A DNA stretch of 64,000 nt from an uncultured Bacilli bacterium (lineage in GTDB: Bacteria; Bacillota_I; Bacilli_A; RFN20; CAG-449): assembly GCA_947591215.1 (NCBI GenBank), contig CANQCZ010000005.1:1630-65629 (forward strand). The letters are read 5' to 3'. Positions 28,696 to 38,153 of this stretch are shown here, piece after piece (position 1 is the stretch's first letter; each line of letters begins with the position of its first letter). Under the pieces are notes generated by a model that did not search any database, had not been told where the DNA came from, and saw only the letters and a program-made list of their open reading frames with translations. The position numbers were made by a program, and so were the translations under genes.

Positions 28696-29483
28696 CGACG
28701 AATTATTATTCCTAATGTTAAATACTTAAAAATATAAAGGGGTTCGTATAAATTATCAAATGCCCCGCCAGGAAATAGAATCTCGTTCTATTATAAGAAA
28801 TAATAGAGCGATTTTTTATTTTTATAGCACTTTCGTGGTAGTTCGTTAACTTTGTAGACCATAGAATTTTTTGGGAATTTATCAAATTAATAATTTTAAA
28901 GTTTTTTAATTAAAAAAATAGGCTTTGTTTTTGTAAAGTGATAGTTTAGGGTCATATAGAGTTTGAACCCTATCGTGTATTATGGGTTTGAACTTTTTAA
29001 GATAAAAAATATCTACCAAAATTGAACTTTGATAGATGATTTTTTCTATTTAAGCATGAATGACAATCCTAAATTCACATGTAAATATTGTGGCTCTTTC
29101 CTTATAAGTAATTGTTCCTTTAAATAAAGATATGTTTGTTTCGTTTAACAGGTATCATTTTAGAAAATAGATCTCGAAAAGAAATGTCGAACAAATCATT
29201 AATATTTTTGCTTTGTTTAATGATAGAAACATATGTCGAGGGGTTATCTATTATAGAAGAATTAACGTTTTGTGTTTGGATTTTTGATAATTCTCTCATT
29301 AGTTCTTTAACTTTAAGGATGATGCTTTATTTTATTACTAAAGAAAATACACTTGTGTGTTCTTCCAATATTATACTTTTTAATATGTTCAAGAGGTTCT
29401 TTGAGTTTTATTGACAAATTTAACGTATATGTTAATATTTTTAGCGGTACTAAAAATCAAATTATCGGATGGAGGGTTTTGGT

Positions 29484-30923
29484 ATGAGAATTGATTTAAA
29501 AAATTATGATAAGGAAACTGAATTTAAAGAAATAATTGATGAGTATATTTTTCCATTATTAGGAATGAAAGGAGATAATATTCAAAAAATTCCTGATAAA
29601 GATAGTTTCTTTAAAAATACGCATAATGAAATTATTTTTTTTGAGAAACAAAAAATTTATTTTTTACCATATAAAAATTCGAAATGGGGATATTTTATTG
29701 ATACAGTGAAATGTATGAATAATTTTAATTTTACATTATGCAGGAAAGTATTAGCAAAATTAGTTTCGGTTGCCAATAATAATTTAAAGATTGGCACTCA
29801 AAAAAATTTTAAGTATATAAACGAGCAGCAGTGCATTTCTAGCTATGAAGTTGCGGTTCAAACTTCAATATGTGAATACTTAACAAACAATAATTCAGCT
29901 GATAAAAATGATACTATGAAAACTTTGCTGAATTTATTAGACAAATTACAAAAGTGGGCTTTAAAAACATATGAAGGAAAAAAAGTTCCTTTTGGTTTTG
30001 TAATTGATATGAAGGAAATCTCTAAAACAAAATTAAACTATTTGGAATTTTTGGGCGATGAATTTTCGGCTACTATTTCTGATGGTATTTCTTCAGTAGT
30101 AGTTATTGATAAATATGGTAATTATCTTGATTATAAATCTATTGTAGAAAATAATAAAATTAAAGCTTGTCAGTTGAATAATTGTTTGCCTATTCGTTTT
30201 GCTCAAATAATAAATGAAAATGTAAGCGAAAATTCATTAAGAATAGGTGTTTTTCTTTTGACAGGCGGAGATATTTTCATCGCAAAAAATGGCAAAATAG
30301 ATTTAATAAAACGTAATGGTAGGTGGGCTAATTTTTCTTACCAAAGCTTTTTAAATGTTATGGAAAGATATAATAATACTGAGGATATTGATAAACAAAT
30401 TTTGATGGAAGTTTTTTCGAGTGCTATTGATGTATCATTATCTCATTGTGGTGGAATTATCGCGATAGTAAAGGATGGAATGGAATTGAAGAATTCAGAA
30501 ATGGAATCGAAGGATGCAGAAAAAGAAAATATTCTTAGCGAGTGTGATAATCTTCTTGTTTCTAAGAATGATGATGAGCTTAAAGATGCACTTAGCAAAA
30601 AAGAAAATGAATATAATATTAATAAACGGCTTTATAAAAGAAATATGATTAAAAATTTATTAAATGGTAAGAAATTATTTATAAATATAGATAGAAAATT
30701 GAGAGCTGAATTAATTGGTTTAGATGGTGCAACAATTATTCAAAAAGATGGTTCGGTTGTTGCGTTCGGTGCTATTATTCAAAATGAAAAAGGATCAACC
30801 GGTGGAGGAAGAGGAGCGGCAGCTAAATTGTTATCTAGATATGGCGGTTTTGCAATCAAAATTTCAACAGATGGTTACATTGAAGTATATATGAATAGGG
30901 AATTGAAATATTATATTAAATGA
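29484..30923 (+). CDS. Uncharacterised 479-aa protein whose C-terminal region has degenerate DAC (DisA_N)-like motifs
   Basis: RBS GGAGGG 7 nt before the ATG at 29484. C-terminal GLDGATIIQKDGSVVAFGAII...GSTGGGRGAAAKLL resembles the DGA...GTRHRAA core of diadenylate cyclases, but the RHR motif is not conserved. Two upstream degenerate copies of the DG-x-hhI-x-DG hairpin motif. Confidence 0.3.
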   Translation: MRIDLKNYDKETEFKEIIDEYIFPLLGMKGDNIQKIPDKDSFFKNTHNEIIFFEKQKIYFLPYKNSKWGYFIDTVKCMNNFNFTLCRKVLAKLVSVANNNLKIGTQKNFKYINEQQCISSYEVAVQTSICEYLTNNNSADKNDTMKTLLNLLDKLQKWALKTYEGKKVPFGFVIDMKEISKTKLNYLEFLGDEFSATISDGISSVVVIDKYGNYLDYKSIVENNKIKACQLNNCLPIRFAQIINENVSENSLRIGVFLLTGGDIFIAKNGKIDLIKRNGRWANFSYQSFLNVMERYNNTEDIDKQILMEVFSSAIDVSLSHCGGIIAIVKDGMELKNSEMESKDAEKENILSECDNLLVSKNDDELKDALSKKENEYNINKRLYKRNMIKNLLNGKKLFINIDRKLRAELIGLDGATIIQKDGSVVAFGAIIQNEKGSTGGGRGAAAKLLSRYGGFAIKISTDGYIEVYMNRELKYYIK

Positions 30924-30976
30924 AAACACACATGTATTGCTTTGTAATATATTGCATATAATATTGATGAAAACAT

Positions 30977-31005
30977 TTGACGTATATCTTTATTTGTGCT
31001 ACAAT
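30977..31005 (+). promoter_or_regulatory. Sigma-A-type promoter: TTGACG, 17-nt spacer, TACAAT
   Basis: Hexamers read directly at 30977-30982 and 31000-31005. No ORF downstream. Confidence 0.5.
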
Positions 31006-31011
31006 GTTTTC

Positions 31012-31140
31012 ACTTGAAAGGTGATATAACATCGCGTGTTAATATCAGATTAGCTGTTAATCGTTTGATTAATAGTTAAGTACAACAAATAAGTATTATT
31101 TGTTAAAAAGCCCGGGTCCAATTGGAACTTGGCTTTTTTT
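31012..31140 (+). ncRNA. Candidate small non-coding RNA, about 130 nt, between the promoter and a T-rich terminator
   Basis: Promoter at 30977-31005. Imperfect hairpin aagcccgggtccaattggaacttggctt, then T7 at 31134-31140. No ORF longer than 6 codons. Confidence 0.3.
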
Positions 31141-31527
31141 ATTGCGCGATTTGTGTAAAATATTTTTTGTAATTCTTGCGATGATTTTGAAAAAAGAATA
31201 GAAAAAGTATCCAAAAAATTAGCACAACAAGAATTTGATGCTATTAAAATGCCGATTATAAGGAAAGTCTCACTGGAAATATTGTAAACAATACATTGAG
31301 AGTAGATGGTAAAAGGATGCGTAATTCAAACATATTTGATTTATTAAAACAAAAAAATAAAAAATATCCATTGGCTTTTAAATTGCAACCCTAGACTCTT
31401 GATGAAATTATAGAATAGCAACTTATTATTGGTAAAGGCAAGTTGTTATGTAATGAATCTAAATGATGAACCATTTGGAATGATAAAAAAGAGAGACATT
31501 GAAGCATTTGAGATTGATAAGAAAAAA

Positions 31528-32523
31528 TTATTTAACAGAAATTTTATTATATGCTTTATTGGCAAAGTAATAATAATTCTTTAATGAATTAATTATTTTA
31601 TTTGGAGATAGTACGATTGCGTGTTCGCCAAAACGTCTAAAGTATTGTTCTACTTGAGCGTATGAGCAAGAGAAGTAATAAATATCTCCCTCGATTTTAG
31701 AACATTGAGGACGATATAAATATATTCTTTTAAACAGTTCTTTTCCTGTTGGAGTTAGTTGTACTTTTATTTCTTCGTTTTCATAAGGTTTAATTGAATA
31801 TTGAATTCCATATTTTATTTGCTTATTAAATATCTCTTCTTGATGAGGTAAAATTTCTCTTTTACTTGTAAGCAAAATGACATCTTTTATTTTGGCTAAA
31901 CGAACTGTATGTAATATTCCGTTTTCAGCGACAAAAAGACCATAGTTAAATAATTCATCTTTAGATGAAGAAATCGTGTAAAGAGAAGCTTCATTAATTA
32001 CTGCTCCAGAAGTTAAAGATAAATATACTTTCACATTACTATCTATTGATTTAGATAATAATGCATAGTTTTGTTTAAAGATTATCCTTTCTCTTTCTGG
32101 TTGGACTTTAGAAGCGTATGAAGTGAATAATCTTCTAAAGTAAGAAGAGATTGATTCGGTTTTTACAAAGTTATTTAAAATAAAATAAATTGCTTTTGAT
32201 GAGATCTTTGTTGGCTTAAATAAGAAAGAAACCGATTTATTACTTTGATCAACAGATGAATTCTTTTTATCAATTACTTTTACTAGTTTATGATATACTT
32301 CTTCCTTTTCTTCATCAGAAATATTTTTTATCACGCTAAAAACATCTAATCTAAATTTATCATCGAGTGCGGAGAACTCTTCATAATAATTATTTATTAA
32401 TGTGTTAATGAATAAGTTTCTATTAAGATTATTTTCTCCCTTATAAAATAAAAAGTTTTCACAGTCTTTTAATAAAATATTGTATGTGTTTAAATCTAAA
32501 GTTACTTTAATTTTTTCTTCCAT
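31528..32523 (-). CDS. Putative WYL/WCX-domain regulator (BrxR/CapW-like C-terminal half)
   Basis: C-terminal GDIYYFSCSYAQVEQYFRRFGEHAIVLSPNKI resembles the WCX domain. The preceding ENGILHTVRLAKIKDVILL region resembles a WYL-type barrel. No clear N-terminal HTH. Confidence 0.35.
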   Translation of the reverse strand: MEEKIKVTLDLNTYNILLKDCENFLFYKGENNLNRNLFINTLINNYYEEFSALDDKFRLDVFSVIKNISDEEKEEVYHKLVKVIDKKNSSVDQSNKSVSFLFKPTKISSKAIYFILNNFVKTESISSYFRRLFTSYASKVQPERERIIFKQNYALLSKSIDSNVKVYLSLTSGAVINEASLYTISSSKDELFNYGLFVAENGILHTVRLAKIKDVILLTSKREILPHQEEIFNKQIKYGIQYSIKPYENEEIKVQLTPTGKELFKRIYLYRPQCSKIEGDIYYFSCSYAQVEQYFRRFGEHAIVLSPNKIINSLKNYYYFANKAYNKISVK

Positions 32524-32686
32524 AGTGTTAATCCTTATGAAAAGTGTATCAAAAAAGGGTACAAAAATTCAACGGAAATACATATATATTTAACTAGTTA
32601 TTTTTAGGGGTACGAAAAAAAATAAAAATTTGCTATCTATTATTAATAAAGTAACCCATTTATAATTTTGTTGTAAGGGCGAAGAG

Positions 32687-34861
32687 GTGAGCAAAATGAA
32701 AAAAGAGTTATTAATGAAATTATTATCAAAAGATTATTTGGTCTTAAATTTTTCTTCTAAAGTAAATTTTAATAGCCAATTAAATATTGATTTAATCAGT
32801 GCGATTGATCATTCTTTTAAATCGTTAGGTTTTAAGATTAAAGATGAAGAATTAATTAAATTAATATCTATATCTCGAGATGATTTAACATCTTTTTATC
32901 ATGATAACTATAAGTTATTATCTTCGTTTGTTGGAAATAGTGTTAAACATAAGATTTTCTACGCTAATTTTCCTGAGATATCCAATATACCAGAGAAAGA
33001 AATGTATACTCGTGCTTTTTTACATTATTTAACTGCATCGGAAAATGATGATGGTTTTATGTCTCAAGATATAAATGATTTTGAACGTGAAGAAGTTCAT
33101 TCTGATAACAAAGTAATCTTAAAACTTATTAACGAACAAGAAGCAAACAAAATCCTTATTGATTTAGTAAGGGATATGTTTGAATCGAAACAAGCGATAT
33201 CTTGTGATGAAACAAACTTTATCTTATCTTGCTTTCAAAATCTTTTTGATAAGGAAAGTTTATATTATTTGATTGATGATATTCCTTTTAAAGAGAATAT
33301 TGCTATCTATGTAAATACAATAAGAAAGCTATATCCTAATGAAACTAAATTGGGTGACATTTTCAATGAAAAAATTCTTTCTTTTATTAAAACTCCAACT
33401 GATTTACTAAGAGTGTATGCGATTATTTCAAATGGTGATTATACTTTAAATGATAATAGTATATTTATCTCACTTGATAGAAAGTGTCGTCGATTATTTT
33501 TAGCAATATTAAACAATATGTGCGCTAATAAAGATTATGTCTACGATGACTTTTCAAGACATGATTTTTTATGGAAAAAAGCATTTGAAAAACTTCATGT
33601 TGGTGAATATGAAAAACAATATCCTCATATCTATTTAGTATGTAAAAATATTAGAGAGGATAATTATTCTACATATTATTCGATGCTTGAAAAGAATAAG
33701 AATAATCAAGTGGGTTTGATATCATTATTACGTAAAAGACCAGGAGAATTTGCTCGTAGATTAGATATGCTTTTACGCAATGCATCTTTTGAAACTGAAT
33801 ATACACTTCAAGAGTTTGAAAAAATTGCTGATCAAGTATCCTCTAATGTTTTGTTACAATTATATACATTCTTTCAAAATAGAAATCTTTATTCTACTCG
33901 TATTTTTTGTATCAAAAAATTATACTATAACAGTTATATTGAAGTAGAGGATAAAAGAGATGATATTCCGGACTATACTATTGAAAGAATATGTGCAATA
34001 ATTCTTAATGCATTGAAAAATATTTATTCATCTTATCCTAGAATAGAAAATGTCTATTTAGACGAATCGATGAAAAATTATGCAATGCCTATGAATTCAC
34101 GTAATAAATCAACAGGAAATAAGACGCTTACTTTTGGTACGAGAATAAAATTAGATGAAGAAGACGGATCATTTATTCGTTTCTTTACTCATTGGAAAAA
34201 TATGAATGAAGGAAATGGTAAACGTGTTGATATTGATTTATCGGTTGAACTTGTAAATGAAGATTTTACATCTACAAGAAGTGTATCATGGCACGATTTA
34301 TTTGGTGGTAGAAAATTTGATACATACCATTCAGGTGATATTGTTACTGCACCAAATGGAGCAAGTGAATTCGTTGATTTAGATTACATTAGTGCAAGTA
34401 AATATTATCGTTATGGTGTGATTTGTAATTACGTTTTCACGGGACAAAATTTTTGTGATATACCAGAATGCTTTTCTGGCGTTATGTTTATGAAAAAGAA
34501 AGGGAAAAGAGGTGTAGTTTTTAATCCGGAATTTGTTAAGTATAAGTATGACTTAACCCAATATGGATCAAGTGAGAATATTGCTTTGGCAATCGATTTT
34601 AAAACTCGTGAACTTATTTGGATGGATATACCTCGTTCAAGTGGTAGAATGTATCAAATTGCAAGTGGTGATAGCGGAGTAGTTATTGCATTAAAAAATG
34701 CTTTAAAAAAGCAAATGAATATGTATGAATTTATTAAACTACATTCATCTCATTTAACCTTTGTAGATGATATATCACAAAGTGAGTTTATTATCTCTGA
34801 CAAAGAGAATGCGACATTGAAACCATATGATGTAGAAAAAATAACTGCATCATGGTTATAA
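32687..34861 (+). CDS. Large uncharacterised protein (724 aa) with a C-terminal TerD-like domain
   Basis: Residues from about 480 to 610 align block-wise with TerD (IRFFTHWKN / GKRVDIDLSVELV / VSWHDLFGG..YHSGDIVTAPNGASEFVDLDY / YRYGVICNYVFTG). The Ca-binding GDGDDE motif is degenerate (PNGASE). Confidence 0.45.
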   Translation: MSKMKKELLMKLLSKDYLVLNFSSKVNFNSQLNIDLISAIDHSFKSLGFKIKDEELIKLISISRDDLTSFYHDNYKLLSSFVGNSVKHKIFYANFPEISNIPEKEMYTRAFLHYLTASENDDGFMSQDINDFEREEVHSDNKVILKLINEQEANKILIDLVRDMFESKQAISCDETNFILSCFQNLFDKESLYYLIDDIPFKENIAIYVNTIRKLYPNETKLGDIFNEKILSFIKTPTDLLRVYAIISNGDYTLNDNSIFISLDRKCRRLFLAILNNMCANKDYVYDDFSRHDFLWKKAFEKLHVGEYEKQYPHIYLVCKNIREDNYSTYYSMLEKNKNNQVGLISLLRKRPGEFARRLDMLLRNASFETEYTLQEFEKIADQVSSNVLLQLYTFFQNRNLYSTRIFCIKKLYYNSYIEVEDKRDDIPDYTIERICAIILNALKNIYSSYPRIENVYLDESMKNYAMPMNSRNKSTGNKTLTFGTRIKLDEEDGSFIRFFTHWKNMNEGNGKRVDIDLSVELVNEDFTSTRSVSWHDLFGGRKFDTYHSGDIVTAPNGASEFVDLDYISASKYYRYGVICNYVFTGQNFCDIPECFSGVMFMKKKGKRGVVFNPEFVKYKYDLTQYGSSENIALAIDFKTRELIWMDIPRSSGRMYQIASGDSGVVIALKNALKKQMNMYEFIKLHSSHLTFVDDISQSEFIISDKENATLKPYDVEKITASWL

Positions 34862-35077
34862 AAAGCATTCAGGCTTAATGATCACTTACTTCTAATAAGC
34901 GAGAAAGCGAGAAATTAGTGACAAACTTTCCTGAATGCTTATAAACAAGGCTTATTATTACATACTTCTAGATTAACAAGAATGTCGAGCATTAGCTCGA
35001 CGCAGAATTGTAATAGACTTTCCTTGTTTTCTAATCACATTTTCTATTTTTTAGTGAACATATCGCTTGTTCATGCC

Positions 35078-35103
35078 GAGGAGCTACACTCCTCATTTTT
35101 TTT
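35078..35103 (+). terminator. Rho-independent terminator
   Basis: Stem gaggag, loop ctaca, stem ctcctc, then a T8 run. Confidence 0.65.
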
Positions 35104-35214
35104 AAAGTAATTTTTCAATCTATGTTTATACATAAACTAGTGGGACAAATTTAAATAACAAGCATTTTAAATATAGTAATTTAAGGTACATAGACAAAAT
35201 TTCTTTAATTGTTA

Positions 35215-35260
35215 AAAAAATTAACATCTTATTTGCAAAATTAACATTAGAATTGAAAAT
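35215..35260 (+). promoter_or_regulatory. Direct repeats AAAAATTAACAT-(N10)-AAATTAACATT upstream of the XRE-TM paralog
   Basis: The same repeat pair recurs at 38075-38120 at the same distance (about 83 nt) from the start of the paralogous gene. Confidence 0.45.
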
Positions 35261-35301
35261 ATATGAATTATAATTTGATTGAGATTGGGGGTGATCTTTA
35301 A

Positions 35302-36021
35302 ATGAAGTTTAATGAAAGGCTAAAAGCATTAAGAAAAACGCATAATTTAACACAAGTTGAACTTGCGAAAAGATTATATGTTAGTCGTTCACTGGTTGCA
35401 AGATGGGAATATGGCGATATTTATCCAACAATTGCTAATCTTAATAAAATTTCCGATTTTTTTAACATTCCCATGAGCGATATTTTGAGTGAAGATGAAA
35501 AAACCGAAATAATAGTTCGTCAGGCAAACTTAGAGAAAAAAATAAAAAATGGATTAAGAATCACTATGAATTTTGTTAATTTCGCTTTGTCTTTGCTTAT
35601 TTTATCAATCTTTTTTCCATTATTGCCGATATGGGGATACACTCATGAAATAATTACGAGCACGGAACCTTTATTAAAGATTACAATTACTGAACAAGAT
35701 TTATTTAGGGTTTTAAATGATACTTTTTATAATACTGGATTAAAAACAGCATACGTCTTTATCATGATTTTAGAAATTATTTCATTAATAATTTCTTTAT
35801 TTTCATTAGTAGTTTCATTCTTAAGAAAGAAACAAAAATTGAGTTGTTTTATATTTATGATAAGTTGTTCTATTAACATTATTCTTTCTTTGCTTATTTT
35901 TTCAAGTTTTATTGCAAAAAGGCCTTTAAATATTATTGGTGGTTTTTTCCTATTCTTATTAGTGTTATTAGCAATCATATCATCTATTTTTATTGCAAAA
36001 CAAAGGAAAGGAAATTTATAA
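35302..36021 (+). CDS. Membrane-anchored XRE-family HTH regulator (paralog 1)
   Basis: N-terminal HTH_3 pattern LKALRKTHNLTQVELAKRLYVSRSLVARWEYGD, then 4-5 hydrophobic TM segments. Confidence 0.6.
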   Translation: MKFNERLKALRKTHNLTQVELAKRLYVSRSLVARWEYGDIYPTIANLNKISDFFNIPMSDILSEDEKTEIIVRQANLEKKIKNGLRITMNFVNFALSLLILSIFFPLLPIWGYTHEIITSTEPLLKITITEQDLFRVLNDTFYNTGLKTAYVFIMILEIISLIISLFSLVVSFLRKKQKLSCFIFMISCSINIILSLLIFSSFIAKRPLNIIGGFFLFLLVLLAIISSIFIAKQRKGNL

Positions 36022-36400
36022 AGAATGCATAAAACAAATTTTTGTAAACTAATAATATATTAAAGCCGTTTTGAATTGTGTATTATTTGCGTTCTAGTTT
36101 TGGAAAATTGTTGTTATTCGCGTTCTTGTAAGACAGGAAAATTAGTTCGTTTAATTATTAAAAGTAGTAGAACGTTTTTTATTAAACATGAATGAAATTT
36201 AAACATTTTTGCTTGTTTTTAAAAGAAGGTAAGCTTTATGTAAAAAAGACAAAGAGGGTTAATGAAATTTTAATAATATTATGCATAAAATATTAATATA
36301 TCAATATCAAGATTCATATTATATTATAAATATTTTTATATAAATATTGATATTTATTTTAAAAATTAGTAAAATTCTTTTAGATAAAGGAGATAATTAT

Positions 36401-37855
36401 ATGTCATTGATTACAGAAGAAAATATATTAAATTTATTATATTCGTACAATTCATGGTGGAGAACAGGAATTGTACAAAAAGAATTTGATAAACCTATTA
36501 AAAGAATTTCTTTTTATGAGGCTCAAAAAAATTTTTGTAACAATGAAATCAGAAGAACAATTTTATTAAGTGGTGCTAGAAGAACTGGAAAAACAACAAT
36601 TATGTACCAAACAATTTCATCTTTAATTACAAAAGGAGTATCACCTAAAAATATTTTATTTATTTCATTTGACCATCAATTGTTAAAAATGTGCAGCATT
36701 CAAGATGTTTTAAATGTTTATGTTTCTAATGTTTCAACAGATAAAGAATTATATTGTTTTTTTGATGAAATACAATATTCTGATAATTGGAATAGTTGGC
36801 TCAAAATTTTATATGATACCAATCCAAATATAAAGATAATGGCTACTGGTTCCGCTAGCCCAATTTTGGAAGATAAAGTAAAAGAAAGTGGATTGGGTAG
36901 ATGGATAACGATACAAGTCCCTACACTATCTTTTTTCGAATATTGTGAATTATTGCACATTGAAAACCCAGAATTACCCAAAGGGATGAAACCTACTCAA
37001 TTATATTTGCTTACGCAACAAGAACAAACGGATATAATGAAAAAATTATCATTTCTACAATCTCATTTTATAAGATATTTACAAGTAGGTGGTTTCCCAG
37101 AACTTGCTTTATCAAGCGATGATATTTATGCTCAAAGAATACTTAGAGAAGATATTGTCGATAAAGCAATAAAAAGAGATTTGCCTGCAATTTATTCGAT
37201 AAGAAACATTAATGATATTGAAAAAGTATTTTTATATCTATGTTATAATTCATCTAATATTATAAATATTCAAGCGATTTGCAAAGAATTAGAGGTTAAT
37301 AGGATAACATTAGAAAAATACATAAAATATTTAGAAAGTGCAAATCTCATTTATATCAGTAAATTAATCAATATGAGTTCAAAACAAATACTAAAATCGC
37401 AGAATAAGATCTATATAGCCGATGCTGCGATAAGAAATGCAGTTTTAATGAAAGATGATATCACTAATGATCCTACTGAATTAGGAATTGTGGCAGAAAC
37501 TGCGGTTTACAAACATGTAAAAGCATTCAGTTATGATGGATTAGCGAATGTTGGATACTTTAGAGGTGGCGAAAAAAATAAAGAAATTGATATTGTTGTT
37601 AAATACCATCAAGCATTAACTCCTATTATGATTGAGGTTAAATATAGAGAAGATTCAAAAATCACAGATAAAGATTTAATTGTGGAATTTTCTGATGTTA
37701 AATTGCCAAATCTTGTAGTTACAAAGAAAATTGATGATTTTGGATTATTTAAATATAAAAACGGAAAGTCAATATATAAGATTCCCGCACCAGTATTTTT
37801 ATATCTTTTAGGTTATGTTGAAAGTAACAAGTTAAAAGAAAGCATGCATTTTTAA
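36401..37855 (+). CDS. AAA+ ATPase of the AAA_14/DUF4143 (COG1373) family
   Basis: RBS AGGAG, then ATG at 36401. Walker A LLSGARRTGKTT. Walker B CFFDEIQY. Confidence 0.7.
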   Translation: MSLITEENILNLLYSYNSWWRTGIVQKEFDKPIKRISFYEAQKNFCNNEIRRTILLSGARRTGKTTIMYQTISSLITKGVSPKNILFISFDHQLLKMCSIQDVLNVYVSNVSTDKELYCFFDEIQYSDNWNSWLKILYDTNPNIKIMATGSASPILEDKVKESGLGRWITIQVPTLSFFEYCELLHIENPELPKGMKPTQLYLLTQQEQTDIMKKLSFLQSHFIRYLQVGGFPELALSSDDIYAQRILREDIVDKAIKRDLPAIYSIRNINDIEKVFLYLCYNSSNIINIQAICKELEVNRITLEKYIKYLESANLIYISKLINMSSKQILKSQNKIYIADAAIRNAVLMKDDITNDPTELGIVAETAVYKHVKAFSYDGLANVGYFRGGEKNKEIDIVVKYHQALTPIMIEVKYREDSKITDKDLIVEFSDVKLPNLVVTKKIDDFGLFKYKNGKSIYKIPAPVFLYLLGYVESNKLKESMHF

Positions 37856-38074
37856 TAAAAAATGAAAGAAATTATGAAACTAAATAAGTTAAACGAATTG
37901 ACTTAATTCACAGATAGAATTAGAAAAATTTAGAAGTTATGCTTTAAATTTTGTTGCCAAAAATTTTAGCAAGTTTTACTTCAATTAACTTATGGCGATT
38001 TAAACTTTTTTGGTTAATGATTTTTAAAATTTAGCACTTTCGTGATAAATGAATTGAAATTTTTAATTGCCGAT

Positions 38075-38120
38075 AAAAAATTAACATTTAACTTCATAAA
38101 TTAACATTCTAGTATTAGGA
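38075..38120 (+). promoter_or_regulatory. Direct repeats AAAAATTAACAT-(N10)-AAATTAACATT, second copy
   Basis: Same motif pair as at 35215-35260. Confidence 0.45.
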
Positions 38121-38153
38121 TTAAGATTTATAATTTTCTTGTAAAAGGAGAGG

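Noticed and set aside
29136-29414. 92-aa ORF in the prophage/island junction
   Set aside because: Low-complexity hydrophobic sequence in 25% GC DNA. No RBS. Likely a chance ORF.
28824-38046. Shared 12-mer agcactttcgtg at about 28825 and about 38035
   Set aside because: Dozens of identical 12-mer pairs are expected by chance in 64 kb. The flanks do not extend the match.
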